From NCBI GenBank assembly GCA_964202905.1, contig CAXNJO010000001.1, forward strand, positions 192,001 through 256,000: a stretch of DNA of 64,000 bases, given 5' to 3'. This stretch comes from Polyangiales bacterium (GTDB lineage Bacteria > Myxococcota_A > Polyangia > Polyangiales > JADJQN01). A program made the position numbers and the translations under genes. Of the stretch, positions 11,877 to 22,956 are shown piece by piece. The notes beneath the pieces are model-generated. The model was not told where the DNA came from. It worked only from the letters and a program-made list of their open reading frames with translations, and did no database searches. Numbering within the stretch: position 1 is the first letter of the stretch; every line of letters starts with the position of its first letter.

Positions 11877-12165
11877 CAGCTCGGATATTTCGCTGTGCTC
11901 CGGTCGTGCCGGGGGCGTGGACAACGAGGGCGGTGGTGGGGTCTCCCGGCGGTGCCGGGCGGACCCCGCGGGCGCGTGCGCCCTCCGGGCTGGCAGGTCT
12001 TCGGTCGGGCGGGCCTTCTTCTTCGCCGTCGCTTCGCAGGGCTTCTGTTCGCAGGCTTTCTTCTGACCGACTGTCTTTCGCCGGTTTTCTCGCCGTTTTT
12101 CCTCAGGGGTTCGACGCGTACGGCCTGCCGGTCGTCCGCGTCCGCGTGGCAGCAGGAGGGGTATC

Positions 12166-15100
12166 GTGGCACTCGAACGCATCGCTGAATCGGCCGGTTC
12201 GCAGCAGGGCGGGATGAACCAGGGGGGCTCGTCGAAGGGCGCGGCGGCGCGGCCGCTCGGTCGCGGCGCGGGTGTGCCGGTCGAGCGCCGGAACACGCGC
12301 CCGGGCGTGAATCCGCTCGAGGCCGTGACCTACGAGCTGCGCGACTCCGTCATCACGAACCCGGACGGCTCCGTCGTCTTCGAGATGCGCGGCGCCGAGA
12401 TCCCGACCTCGTGGTCGCAGCTCGCGACCGACATCGCGGTCTCCAAATACTTCCGCAGGGCCGGCATCTTCGGCGACGCGAAGCGCGGCGAGCGCAGCGT
12501 CAAGCAGCTCGTGCACCGCGTCGCGCACACGATCCGCGAGGCGGGCGTCAAGCAGGGCCACTACTTCGCGAGCGACGAGGAGGCCGAGACCTTCGAGGCC
12601 GAGCTCGCGCACCTGCTCGTCACGCAGACGGCGGCGTTCAACTCGCCCGTCTGGTTCAACTGCGGGCTCTTCCAGCGCTACGGCATCACCGGACAGGGCG
12701 GCAGCCACGCGTGGGACCTCGCGCAGGGCGCGATCCTCGAGACGAAGAACGCCTACGAGCAGCCGCAGTGCTCGGCCTGCTTCATCCAGTCGGTCGGCGA
12801 CGACCTGATGGACATCTACGAGCTCATCAAGAACGAGGCGCGCCTCTTCAAGTACGGCTCGGGCACGGGCACGAACTTCAGCAAGCTGCGCGGCCGGCAG
12901 GAGAAGCTCTCGGGCGGCGGCACCTCGAGCGGCCTCATGAGCTTCCTCGAGGTCCTCGATCGCGCGGCGGGCGCGACGAAGTCGGGCGGCACCACGCGGC
13001 GCGCCGCGAAGATGGTCTGCCTCGACATGGACCACCCCGAGATCGTGGACTTCATCGAGTGGAAGGTCCGCGAGGAGAAGAAGGCACGCGCCCTCATCGC
13101 GTCGGGCTACGCCTCGGACTTCAACGGCGAGGCCTACCACACGGTCTCCGGCCAGAACTCGAACAACAGCATCCGCGTCACCGACGCCTTCATGAACGCG
13201 GTCGCGGCGGACGGCGAGTGGCGCACGTACATGCGCACGAACGGCCAGGTCTGCGACACCTACAAGGCGCGCGATCTCTGGCGCAAGGTCAGCGAGAGCG
13301 CGTGGTGGTGCGCGGATCCGGGCCTCCAGTACGACAGCACCATCAACGACTGGCACACCTGCCCGAACACGGATCGCATCAACGCGAGCAACCCGTGCTC
13401 GGAGTACATGTTCCTCGACAACACGGCCTGCAATCTGTCGTCGATCAACCTGAGCAAGCTCTACACGGAAGAGGGCGGCTTCGACGTCGAGGGCTACCGC
13501 CACGCGATCCGCGTGTTGTTCATCGCGCAGGAGATCCTCGTCGACTTCAGCGCCTACCCGACGAAGCAGATCGCGCAGAACAGCCACGACTACCGCCCGC
13601 TCGGCCTCGGCTACGCGAACCTCGGCACGCTGCTCATGCGCATGGGCATCTCCTATGATTCCGACGAGGGGCGCGCGATGTGCGGCTCGCTCACCGCGAT
13701 CCTCACCGGGCACGCCTACCGCGTCTCGGCGGAGATGGCGGCGAGCAAGGGCACGTTCGCCGGCTACGCGCACAACCGCGAGCCGATGCTCCGCGTGATG
13801 CGCAAGCACCGCGACGCGGCCTACAAGATCAACGGCCGCCCCGGCGAGACGTCGCCGCGCGACCCGAACGAGGTGTGCCCCGAGTACCTGCTCCGCGCCG
13901 CGCAGCAGGACTGGGACGAGGCCGTGCGCCTCGGCGAGAGCCACGGCTACCGCAACGCGCAGGCGACCGTGCTCGCGCCGACGGGCACGATCGGCCTGCT
14001 CATGGACTGCGACACGACGGGCATCGAGCCCGACTTCGCGCTCGTGAAGTTCAAGAAGCTCGCCGGCGGCGGCTACTTCAAGATCGTCAACCAGTCGGTG
14101 CCGGGCGCGCTCGAGTCGCTCGGCTACTCGAAGGCCGAGGTCGCCGCGATCGTCGCGTACGTGACGGGCACCAACACCTTCACGGGCGCGCCGCACCTCA
14201 ACCGCCGCGCGCTGCTCGACCGCGGGCTCAACGAGCGCGAGATCGACAAGGCCGAGTCCGCGCTCGCGGGCGCGTTCGACGTCTCGCTGGCGCTCGCGCC
14301 GTGGGTCATCGGCAAGGAGGCGTACGACCGCCTCGGCATCGACAACAAGACGCTCTCGAAGCCCGGCTTCTCGCTGCTCAAGCACTTCGGTCTCGCCCCG
14401 GCGCAGATCGACGCGCTCAACGACCACGTCGTCGGCCGCATGACGATCGAGGGCGCGCCGCACCTGCGCCCCGAGCACCTGCCCGTCTTCGACTGCGCGA
14501 ACCGCTGCGGCAAGCACGGGCAGCGCTACCTCGCGCCGATGTCCCACGTCCGCATGATGGCGGCGGCGCAGCCGTTCCTCTCGGGCGCGATCTCGAAGAC
14601 GGTCAACCTCCCGAACGACGCCACCGTCGAAGAGGTCGCGAACGTCTACATGGAGGGCTGGAAGCTCGGCCTCAAGGCCGTCGCGCTCTACCGCGACGGG
14701 TGCAAGGCCTCGCAGCCGCTCAACACCTCGAACGAGGACCAGAAGGACGAGGCCGGCGACAAGCAGACCGCGAAGGACAAGCTCGCGGCGAAGGGCCTGC
14801 AGGAGACGCCGGCCGCGCCGCCGGTCGTCGCCGCGCAGCCCGCGGCCGCACAGCCCGCCCTCGCGCAGCGGGGTACGGGCCTGCCCGCGAAGGTCGAGCG
14901 CGAGACGGCGAACCCGCCGAAGACCAACCGCCACCGCCTGCCGAAGAAGCGCACGGGCTTCACGCAGGAGGCGCGCGTGGCGGGCCACAAGATCTTCCTG
15001 CGCACGGGCGAGTACGAGAACGGCGCGCTCGGCGAGATCTTCATCGACATGCACAAGGAGGGCGCCGCCTTCCGCTCGCTGATGAACTGCTTCGCCATCA

Positions 15101-15579
15101 GCGTCTCGATGGGCCTGCAGCACGGCGTGCCGCTCGAGAGCTACGTCGAGCAGTTCACGTTCACGCGCTTCGAGCCGCAGGGCGGCGTCGAGGGGCACCC
15201 GAACATCAAGCTCGCGACCTCGATGATCGACTACGTGTTCCGCGTGCTCGGCGTCGAGTACCTGCGCCGCTACGAGCTCGCGCACGTCCCGCCCGTCGAG
15301 GAGCAGGCGGAGCTCATGAACCCGACGGATGTCGGCGCCGCGCACGAGGCGCTGACGCTGCCGCCCGACACGAGCGCACCGACGCCGCAGCAGGCGCTGC
15401 GCTTCGAAGCGGAGGCCGTCGGACACGCGGCCGCCGCGGGCCCGCACGACGCGCTCAACTCGCAGCTCAGCGGCATGATGGGCGACGCCCCCATGTGCGA
15501 CAGCTGCGGGCACATCACCGTCCGCAACGGCGCTTGCTACAAGTGCCTGAACTGCGGCAACTCGATGGGTTGCAGCTGA
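12166..15579 (+). CDS. nrdJ: Adenosylcobalamin-dependent (class II) ribonucleotide reductase
   Basis: AGGAGG RBS then GTG. 'FNSPVWFN', 'PQCSACFI', '[12 protein letters not shown]', 'NASNPCSEY', 'APTGTIGL', '[11 protein letters not shown]', TSCPD-like C-terminal domain and terminal 'CDSCG...CLNCG..MGCS'. Confidence 0.97.
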   Translation: MALERIAESAGSQQGGMNQGGSSKGAAARPLGRGAGVPVERRNTRPGVNPLEAVTYELRDSVITNPDGSVVFEMRGAEIPTSWSQLATDIAVSKYFRRAGIFGDAKRGERSVKQLVHRVAHTIREAGVKQGHYFASDEEAETFEAELAHLLVTQTAAFNSPVWFNCGLFQRYGITGQGGSHAWDLAQGAILETKNAYEQPQCSACFIQSVGDDLMDIYELIKNEARLFKYGSGTGTNFSKLRGRQEKLSGGGTSSGLMSFLEVLDRAAGATKSGGTTRRAAKMVCLDMDHPEIVDFIEWKVREEKKARALIASGYASDFNGEAYHTVSGQNSNNSIRVTDAFMNAVAADGEWRTYMRTNGQVCDTYKARDLWRKVSESAWWCADPGLQYDSTINDWHTCPNTDRINASNPCSEYMFLDNTACNLSSINLSKLYTEEGGFDVEGYRHAIRVLFIAQEILVDFSAYPTKQIAQNSHDYRPLGLGYANLGTLLMRMGISYDSDEGRAMCGSLTAILTGHAYRVSAEMAASKGTFAGYAHNREPMLRVMRKHRDAAYKINGRPGETSPRDPNEVCPEYLLRAAQQDWDEAVRLGESHGYRNAQATVLAPTGTIGLLMDCDTTGIEPDFALVKFKKLAGGGYFKIVNQSVPGALESLGYSKAEVAAIVAYVTGTNTFTGAPHLNRRALLDRGLNEREIDKAESALAGAFDVSLALAPWVIGKEAYDRLGIDNKTLSKPGFSLLKHFGLAPAQIDALNDHVVGRMTIEGAPHLRPEHLPVFDCANRCGKHGQRYLAPMSHVRMMAAAQPFLSGAISKTVNLPNDATVEEVANVYMEGWKLGLKAVALYRDGCKASQPLNTSNEDQKDEAGDKQTAKDKLAAKGLQETPAAPPVVAAQPAAAQPALAQRGTGLPAKVERETANPPKTNRHRLPKKRTGFTQEARVAGHKIFLRTGEYENGALGEIFIDMHKEGAAFRSLMNCFAISVSMGLQHGVPLESYVEQFTFTRFEPQGGVEGHPNIKLATSMIDYVFRVLGVEYLRRYELAHVPPVEEQAELMNPTDVGAAHEALTLPPDTSAPTPQQALRFEAEAVGHAAAAGPHDALNSQLSGMMGDAPMCDSCGHITVRNGACYKCLNCGNSMGCS

Positions 15580-15639
15580 TCGGGACCGACCGACCGCGCG
15601 CGCCGCGCTGACCGCGGGGCACGCGCCTCCTCACCGACC

Positions 15640-15675
15640 GACGCCCGCTGCTCCGCGAGGAGGGCGGGCGTCGTC
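15640..15675 (+). terminator. GC-rich hairpin downstream of nrdJ
   Basis: gacgcccgc...gcgggcgtc inverted repeat without a clear U-tract. Confidence 0.35.
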
Positions 15676-15822
15676 GCGTCCGTCCTCGTCACGGGTGTCG
15701 GCGCGCGGAACCGTCGGCCGCCCGCGCAGGCGCTGTGACGCGGACACGCGGACACGCCACGCGGGTTGACGCCCCGGACGCGCGAGGGCAACGTCGCGCG
15801 GGTCGCCCCTTCAGGAGAGCCC

Positions 15823-16842
15823 ATGACGCGCTTGCTTCTTCGCCCCACCGTCCTCGCCCTCGTGCTCGCCCTCACGGGCTGCGCGACCACCGCGCTCGAG
15901 ATCGGCGCCCCCGGCACGGACGGCGGGACCCCCGCCGAGGACGGCGCCACCGACGACGGCGCCACCGACGACGGCGCCATCGATGACGGCGCGGTCCTGC
16001 CCGATGCGGGCGACACGGACGCCGCAACGCTGACCGACGCCGGTGATGCGGACGGCGGTCTGGTCGGGCCGGACGGCGGACCGACCGACGCGGGCGGCGG
16101 CACGGACGGCGGCATCCTCGTGCGCGACGGCGGACCGATCGACGCGGGCACCGACGCAGGCACCGACGCAGGCACGCGCGACGCAGGCACCGACGCAGGC
16201 ACGCGCGACGCAGGCACCGACGCAGGCACGCGCGACGCAGGCACCGACGCAGGCACGCGCGACGCAGGCACCGACGCAGGCACGCGCGACGCAGGCACCG
16301 ACGCAGGCACGCGCGACGCAGGCACCGACGCAGGCACGCGCGACGCAGGCACCGACGCAGGCACGCGCGACGCAGGCACCGACGCAGGCACGCGCGACGC
16401 AGGCACCGACGCAGGCACGCGCGACGCAGGCACCGACGCAGGCACGCGCGACGGCGGCGGCGGCTCGACCGTGCCTGGCAACATCGGCGCGGCGTGCACG
16501 TCGATGGCCGAGTGCACCGCGATCCCCGGCTCGATGTGCATCAGCTCGCTCGGCGGGGTCATCGCGCTGCCCGGCGGCTACTGCTCGGCGAGCTGCGCGG
16601 TCGCCGTCGGCTGCGGGGCGGACGCGACGTGCATCGGGTTCGGCGGGGGCACCGGGCAGTGCATCGCGACGTGCACGACGGATGCGGAGTGCCGCACCGC
16701 GGAGGGCTACACGTGCCGCGCCCTGCCCTTCGGGACGAGCGGGGCGCGCGTGTGCGTCCCGTCGTTCGGGGGCGGCGGCGGTGGGGTGCCCCCGCTGCCG
16801 GCCACCGACGCGGGGCTGCCGGCGTTCGACCTCGGTCTCTGA
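15823..16842 (+). CDS. Lipoprotein with long DAGT repeat stalk and Cys-rich C-terminal domain
   Basis: AGGAGA RBS, lipobox 'LALTGC', (DAGTDAGTR)11, C-terminal 'GGYCSASC...CTTDAECRTAEGYTC'. Confidence 0.8.
   Translation: MTRLLLRPTVLALVLALTGCATTALEIGAPGTDGGTPAEDGATDDGATDDGAIDDGAVLPDAGDTDAATLTDAGDADGGLVGPDGGPTDAGGGTDGGILVRDGGPIDAGTDAGTDAGTRDAGTDAGTRDAGTDAGTRDAGTDAGTRDAGTDAGTRDAGTDAGTRDAGTDAGTRDAGTDAGTRDAGTDAGTRDAGTDAGTRDAGTDAGTRDGGGGSTVPGNIGAACTSMAECTAIPGSMCISSLGGVIALPGGYCSASCAVAVGCGADATCIGFGGGTGQCIATCTTDAECRTAEGYTCRALPFGTSGARVCVPSFGGGGGGVPPLPATDAGLPAFDLGL
16153..16449 (+). repeat. Perfect 27-bp tandem repeat x11 (gacgcaggcaccgacgcaggcacgcgc)
   Basis: 297 bp = 11 x 27, read directly from the sequence. 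Confidence 0.95.
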
Positions 16843-16968
16843 CCCCGGCGCACGCGTCGGGGACGCACCTACACCGTAGGGGAGACCGGCACATAACCCT
16901 GCAAATACGCGGACCTACGCGCATGCAGGCACGCTCGGCGCGCACGAAACCTGCAACCCGCGCCGGGT

Positions 16969-18240
16969 ATGACGACGACGACGCGGAAACTGGGGTGCGC
17001 AGTCGCCACGCTCGCCTTGACGGCGCTGGCGGGCTGCGTGGACGGTCAGCTGGGTTTGAACCGCCAGGAGGCGCTCGATCACGGCGACCACGAGATGATC
17101 GTCTCGGCCGGCGAGCTCACGGCGGGTTGGACGCGCGAGGGCGAGTGGCTCGTGTCTCCGGTGCTCGACGCGCCGGACGGGGCCAACCGCGCGGGCGCGC
17201 TGGTGGGGCTCGCGAGCCCCGGCGACCTGCCCGGGATGGAGGCGCGTGTCCTCGTCGATGGGGCCCCGGCGGGGGACTGGCAGCCGCTCGCGGAGACCTG
17301 GGGCGAGGAGGACCAGCACGTCGCGGTGGCCGAGCTCGGCGGCGTGGGCGACGGGGCGCAGCTCCGCGTGCGGGCGGAGGCCGTCGAGGTGCTGCGCGTG
17401 CTGCAGTGGACGGCGGTCATCCCCGAGTCGGAGACCGCCGACGACGGCGTGCCGCTCGACGAGGTCGCGGGCGCCCCGGCCGCGCTGCGGAGCGAGCTCG
17501 GCGGGCTCGGCATCGTCACGCGCTCGTCGTGGGGCGCGCGCGCGACGCGCTGCACGACGCGGGACACGCGCAAGACGCGCCTCGCCATCCACCACACCGT
17601 CTCGGGCGCGAGCGATCCGGCGCGGCAGCTCCGCGGCATCCAGCGCTACCACATGGACACGAACGGCTGGTGCGACGTCGGCTACCACTTCCTCGTCGGG
17701 CAGGACGGCCGCGTGTACGAGGGGCGCCCGCTCGAGCTGCTCGGCGCGCACGTCGGCAGCAACAACACGGGCAACATCGGCATCTCGTACATCGGCTGCT
17801 TCCACACGAGCGGCTGCGGCGGGCTCGGGCCGACGCGCCCCACCGACGCGTCGATCGAGGTCGGCGGGCGGCTCGTCGGCACGCTCGCGCGGCTCTACGG
17901 CGTGACGCTCGACAGCACGCGCGTGAAGGGGCACGGCCAACACGCGGGCCAGTCGACCTCGTGCCCCGGCGAGAACCTGCGCGGCCGCGTGGGGCAGATC
18001 ATCAGCACCGCGCGCACGCGCACGCTCTCCGCAGGCAGCCCGGCGCCCGCACCGACGCCGACGCCGGCGCCTGCGCCGTCCGGCGCGAGCTGCACGCACA
18101 GCTACGGCGGCCGCTACGCCAGCAGCGCGTGCTCGGCGAGCTACCAGTGCTGCGACGGACGCTGGCGCGCGCGCTCCGGCACGATGTGCGGCGCCTGCGC
18201 GTGCGTCGAGTCGACGGGCGAGCGCGGCTGCGGGCTCTGA
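16969..18240 (+). CDS. N-acetylmuramoyl-L-alanine amidase (PGRP/Amidase_2) lipoprotein with Cys-rich tail
   Basis: Lipobox 'LAGC'. 'IVTRSSWGA', 'AIHHT', 'IQRYHMDTNGWCDVGYHFLV', 'VYEGR', 'GAHV', 'GHGQH..TSCPG'. Confidence 0.9.
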   Translation: MTTTTRKLGCAVATLALTALAGCVDGQLGLNRQEALDHGDHEMIVSAGELTAGWTREGEWLVSPVLDAPDGANRAGALVGLASPGDLPGMEARVLVDGAPAGDWQPLAETWGEEDQHVAVAELGGVGDGAQLRVRAEAVEVLRVLQWTAVIPESETADDGVPLDEVAGAPAALRSELGGLGIVTRSSWGARATRCTTRDTRKTRLAIHHTVSGASDPARQLRGIQRYHMDTNGWCDVGYHFLVGQDGRVYEGRPLELLGAHVGSNNTGNIGISYIGCFHTSGCGGLGPTRPTDASIEVGGRLVGTLARLYGVTLDSTRVKGHGQHAGQSTSCPGENLRGRVGQIISTARTRTLSAGSPAPAPTPTPAPAPSGASCTHSYGGRYASSACSASYQCCDGRWRARSGTMCGACACVESTGERGCGL

Positions 18241-18363
18241 TCACGGCGCCTGCGCGGCGCGCGGGTCCTTTGCGCGCGACGCGCGGCCGTGCGTGAATGC
18301 GCGCGTGCCGCATCGCTCGCCGCGCAGGGCCGCCCACACGACGCGCTGCCCGCGCGGTGAGCG

Positions 18364-18468
18364 CACGGTCACGGGGCGCGCGGTCACGGGGCAGACGGTC
18401 ACGGGGCAGCACGGTCACGGGGCAGACGGTCACGGGGCGCACGGTCACGGGGCAGACGGTGATGGGGC
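18364..18468 (+). repeat. Imperfect 15-bp tandem repeat (acggtcacggggcag/gc), about 7 units
   Basis: Directly visible immediately upstream of and overlapping ATG 18462. Confidence 0.85.
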
Positions 18469-19075
18469 ACGCGGCCCTCGTCACCGTCGCGGTGGGGTTC
18501 GCGTTCGCGCTCGCAGGCGGCGCACAGGCGCAGGCCGACTCGGGGAACCCGCGGCAGGCGGCGGGCGGTACGCGGACGGCGCAGGCGGGCGTGGCCCCGC
18601 GCGCGGGCGGCCTGCCCGGCGCGGCGCGGCCGACGACACCCGACTCGGGCGAGCGCGAGGCGCAGCGGCGCGGCGACGCGCTCTCGGCGCTCGCCGGGGC
18701 GCCGGGCGCGACGGCCGCGCGTGGCGGCCACCTCGACAGGCGCGCGGCGGCCTCGCGCGGGCGCGGGCGCCGCTCGCAGCGGCGGCGGACGCAGCCGCGG
18801 CGCGCGCGTCGCCGTCGCACGCGCGGCGTCTCGAAGCTCGTGGGTCGGCAGGCCGCGCTGGCGCGTGAGCGGCGCAGGCGCAGTCCGGCGTCGGGAGTGG
18901 GACGCCGCGCGGGCACGGGCGATCGCGGCGCGCGAGGCGCGCGAGGCCGCAGAAGCGCGTGCAGGCGGGCGACGCGGAGACGCTCGGCGAAGGTGGGCAC
19001 GGCGGGGCGGGCAACGCCGAGACGCCGGATGCGCCGCGCGGCGGCGACGCAGCGGACTCGGAGGGCGCCCGGTGA
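18462..19075 (+). CDS. Exported Ala/Arg-rich helical hypothetical protein, frameshifted
   Basis: Signal 'MGHAALVTVAVGFAFALAGGAQAQA'. Several frame changes; ends at a TGA overlapping the next GTG. Confidence 0.4.
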
Positions 19076-20300
19076 GCCAGACGCGCCGATCCGGGACATA
19101 CCGCGCGTGGGCGTGCGCGTGCGTGATCGCGCTCGGCGGCGCCGCGTGCGGGCCCGGGGCGCGGCCGGGCGCGGGGCTGCTCGCGGACCAGCTCGCGGAC
19201 GCGCGGCTCGGGCGGGCGCGGGCGCTCGCACCGGACCTCGTCGCGGCAGCCGAGCAGGCGCGCGACGCCGCGATGCAGGCCCGGGCGCGCGGCGACGCGC
19301 AGGCCGAGGGCGACGAGATCACGTCGCGCACGCGCTCTACTCGGCGGTCGAAGGCGAGCTGCAGCGTCGCCGACGAGCGCGCGCACGCGTCGCCGCCGAG
19401 CGCGCCGCGCAGGCGGAGTGGAACGCGGCGCAGCGGGACGAGGCGCGCCCGCGCCGCGATCGAGCGCGAGACGGTCTGGCGCGCGGCGGCGCACGTCGCC
19501 GAGCACGAGCTCGCGCGGGCCCTCGCGCGGGCGCAGGCGAGCGAGCCGCGACGCGGCGCGCGGCTGCCGAGCGGGGACGCCGAGGACGCCCGCGAGGCGG
19601 CGCGCGCGCTCGCGCGGAGGGCGCGCCTGCTTCGCGCGGCCGCGGCGGCGCTCGGCGCGACACCAGCGCGCTCGGGTCCGTCGACGCGCCCTCGCCGTGT
19701 GCGACGCCGCGCTCGCGCCGGGCGCGCGGCGACCGGACGGCCACGGCGGACGCGCTCGCCGCGGCCGACGAGGCGCGCCGCGCGGCGGAGCGCGCGCTCG
19801 GCGAGGCCGCGCGCACGCGGGCGCACCGGGCGCCGAGGGCGTCGCGGCGCTCGTCGAGACCGCGCAGCTCGCCGGGCTCACCGCACAGGCCGACGAGCGC
19901 GGCGTGGTCGTCCGCGCCGCATGCCTTCCCCGAGCGCGCACGCACGCCCGCAGCGGGCGCAGTCGGCGCCTTCGCGACGGTGCTGCGCACGCACGCGAGC
20001 GGCCCGGTGTTCGTCACGCTCGAAGCCGACCGCGACCCCGCCGGCGCCCGCACGGCGCGCGCGCGGGCCGACGCGCTGCGCGACGCCCTGATCGCGGCGG
20101 GTATCCCCCGAGAAAGACTCATGATTCCGTCGGGCGATCCACCCGCTGCCCCAGGGGCCGACGCGCCCCGCGCAGCGCTCGTCTTCAGCGCGTACGCGGC
20201 CGCGCCGGCGGGCACGGCGCAGGCGGCGGGACACGACGCGACGCAGGCGACGACGCAGGGCACCAGCACACCGACCAGCCCGGTGGCACCGGGCCGCTGA
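19072..20300 (+). CDS. Coiled-coil lipoprotein with degenerate OmpA-like C-terminus, frameshifted
   Basis: 'VIALGGAAC' lipobox, helical A/R/E-rich body, C-terminal 'ARADALRDALIAAGIPRERL' resembling an OmpA_C-like motif. Confidence 0.45.
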
Positions 20301-20466
20301 TCGCGCGCCGCGCGCTCGCGCTGCACCGCACCGCACGCACGCACACACACAACATCCGCCGCGCTGCCCGCACCCCGCGCCGCGCTGCCCGCACCGCACG
20401 CGCGCCGACGCGACGGCGCGCGCCCGACGTTGCGGTCCCTTCGTGCTCCGTGGTCGGATGCGGGCA

Positions 20467-22587
20467 TGAGCCTCCTCCCGCGTGCCACGGTCTCCTCCCC
20501 CCGCGCCCCGGCGCGCCCTGCGCTGCGCGCGCTCGGGCTCGCGCTCCTGTTCGCGCTCGGCGCGTGCGCGGCGGACGACCCGGCGCCCACGCGCACCTGC
20601 ACGAGCAGCGCCTCCTGCGGGCCGGGACGCGCGTGCGTCGATGGTCTCTGCGTCGCGGTCCGCGACGGCGGCGCGCCGGATCTCGGCCCCGACCCGAGCG
20701 ATCTCGGGCCGCCGCGCGCGGTCACCGGCCTCTCCATCGCGCCCGGCGCGCCCGGCGTCGTGAGCGTCGACGGCGACCGCGCGACGCTCGACCTCGAGGC
20801 GCTGCTGCAATACGACGACGGCTCGAGCGCGCCGGCCTCGTCGGCGTTCTGGTCGCTCGCCTCGACGCGCCTCGGCACGGTCGACGCGACCACCGGCGTC
20901 TTCACGGCGGACGGCGAGGTCGCCGGCACCGTCGAGGTGCGCGTCGAGGCGATCGGCCTCACCGCGACTGCGCCGCTCTCCGTCACGGTCGAGCGCACCG
21001 TGATCGCGCCGGGCGCCCCCGCGGACGCGCCCACGCGCTTCGACGCGGCGACCGCGGTCGACGACCCCGCGCGCCGCGCCGCGCTGCTCTACCCGCTCGC
21101 GGGCGCCGTGTTTCCGCAGAACGTGCAGCCGCCGGACGTGCAGTGGGAGGGCGGCGTCGCGGGCGATCTCTACCGCGTGCGCCTCGAGGCCGCGGGCGTG
21201 CGCGTGCGCGCGTGCGTGCTGCACGAGGGCGGCGGTTTCCGCTTCGACTGGCCCGTGACGCGCGAGGCGTGGCGCGCCGTCGCCGAGAGCACGCCGGAGA
21301 CGCCCGTGACCATCGCCGTCGATCGGCTCGAGACCGCGAGCGGCACGCTGATCCCCGGCGAGGCGCGCACCGTCCGCTTCGCCGACGCGACCATCCGCGG
21401 CGCCATCTACTACTGGGATCTCGGCGGCGGAAACATCCTGCGCATCCGCGGCGACGGCTCGGGACGCGAGACCTTCATGCCGAGTCCGCCCATCCGGCCC
21501 ACCGGATCACCGAGCCGCTGCGTCGCCTGCCATGCCATCAGCCGTGATGGTCGCCGCATGGCCGCCGAGCTCTGGGACGGCGGCGACTTCGGCGCGGTCT
21601 TCGACCTCACCACCGACCTGAGCGTCGACCCCGCGCCCACGCTCATCCCGCCTTCGATCACGCGCTTCCTCACCGCGTCGTTCAGCCCCGACAACACGCG
21701 CCTCGTCGCGAACGCGGGCACCGAGCTCTTCCTCATGGACGGCAACACCGGCGCTCGTCTCCCCGCAGGTGGCGCGGGGCTGCCCGCCGACCGGCTCCGC
21801 ACACCCCACGTGGTCGCCCGACGGCACGCAGATCGCCTTCGCGTCGGGGCACGACGGCACCTGGGGCGTCGACTTCCGCCGCAGCGATCTCGGCGTCGTC
21901 GACGTCACGGGCGTCGACGCCTTCTCCGCGCCGCGCGTGATCGCGGCGGGCAGCGGGCTCGCCGTCGCACGGCCGACGTGGTCGCCCGACAGCGCCCTCC
22001 TCGCCTACCAGCACTCCGCGCACAGCCGCATCCGCGAAGACCCGGGCGGCGGCATCCCGAGCATCCCGCGCCCCGGCGCCGTGGTGCTCGTGACCCGCGA
22101 CGGAGCGACACAGTGGCCGCTCGACGCGATGCACGGCGGCGCCCGCAACAGCTACTACCCGACGTTTTCGCCCTTCGACGAAGGCGGCTATTTCTGGCTC
22201 GCCTTCGTCAGCACGCGCGACTACGGCAACGCGCAGGCCGGCACGCGCGGCACCGGCCGCCGCCAGCTCTGGGTCGCCGCGATCCGCAACGCGCCCGCCG
22301 CCGGCACGGACCCGAGCTTCGCGCCCTACTGGCTGCCGCAGCAGGACGTCGCGCACGAGAACATGGCCGCCTACTGGGCCGAAGAGGCCTGCAACGCCGA
22401 CGGCCGCGCCTGCGCGACGAGCGGCGAGTGCTGCTCCGGCTTCTGCCGCGACACGGGCGGCGGCCCCGTCTGCGTCCCGCCCGACGTCGTCGAGTGCTCC
22501 GAGACCGGCGAGGCCTGCCGCACGAACGCCGATTGCTGCGAAGGTGCGGGGGATTGCTCGGCGAATGTGTGTTCCACGCTGGGGTGA
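20467..22587 (+). CDS. TolB-like/PD40 beta-propeller lipoprotein with Cys-rich ends; frameshift at about 21795
   Basis: Lipobox 'LGAC', 'CVACHAISRDG', repeated 'PTWSPDG/PTFSP' motifs. ORFs 20430.. and 21769..22587 join. Confidence 0.8.
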
Positions 22588-22830
22588 TTGACCCCACCCT
22601 CCCCAAAGGGTTTTTCCCACCGACTCCCAGGGGTTTCCCACCCACCCCCAGGGGTTTCCCACCCACCCCCAGCCCCTCCCGCCCGCCGGCAGGGGAGTTT
22701 CCACGCCACGGTCAGGTCCTGCGCCGCGCCGTGCTCGGCGGCAGAGGGGGAGTTTGCGGAGGGGCGGTCGCGACAGGTGGTTTGCGGATCATGAAGCTGC
22801 GGGGTCTCGGATTCCTTTGCGGGGGTGGGA
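22588..22830 (+). repeat. Composite intergenic repeat, copy A
   Basis: Tandem ~21-bp 'ggggtttcccacccaccccca' units, then gcccctcccgcccgccggc..ggggagttt, the core ggaggggcggtcgcgacaggtggtttgcgg (22758-22787), and a tctcggattc tail. Confidence 0.9.
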
Positions 22831-22956
22831 GGCGAGGAGAGCGGGCGATCGGATGGGGGTTCAGGACGTTGTGCGCGGGATTCTGGGAATACCGTCGTTG
22901 CGAGGAGCGTCGAGTGGGCGGGCGTCTGTGGGGATGCACTCAGGAGTTCGGCAAGC

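Noticed and set aside
11369..12165. Cobalamin riboswitch upstream of nrdJ
   Set aside because: No recognisable B12-box or conserved core by eye. An Rfam/Infernal scan would be decisive.
12103..15513. Long antisense and alternate-frame ORFs (also 45659..49975, 49189..52971, 50073..53405, 37234..39975)
   Set aside because: These are shadow ORFs of high-GC3 genes: Arg/Ala/Pro-rich, without motifs, and overlapping well-supported CDSs.
12166..15579. Intein or intron in nrdJ
   Set aside because: No intein splice motifs or homing-endonuclease insert were seen. The length is explained by the linker, the TSCPD-like domain and the Zn ribbon.
16153..16449. CRISPR array
   Set aside because: The 27-bp units are head-to-tail with no spacers, lie in frame in a lipoprotein, and no cas genes are present.
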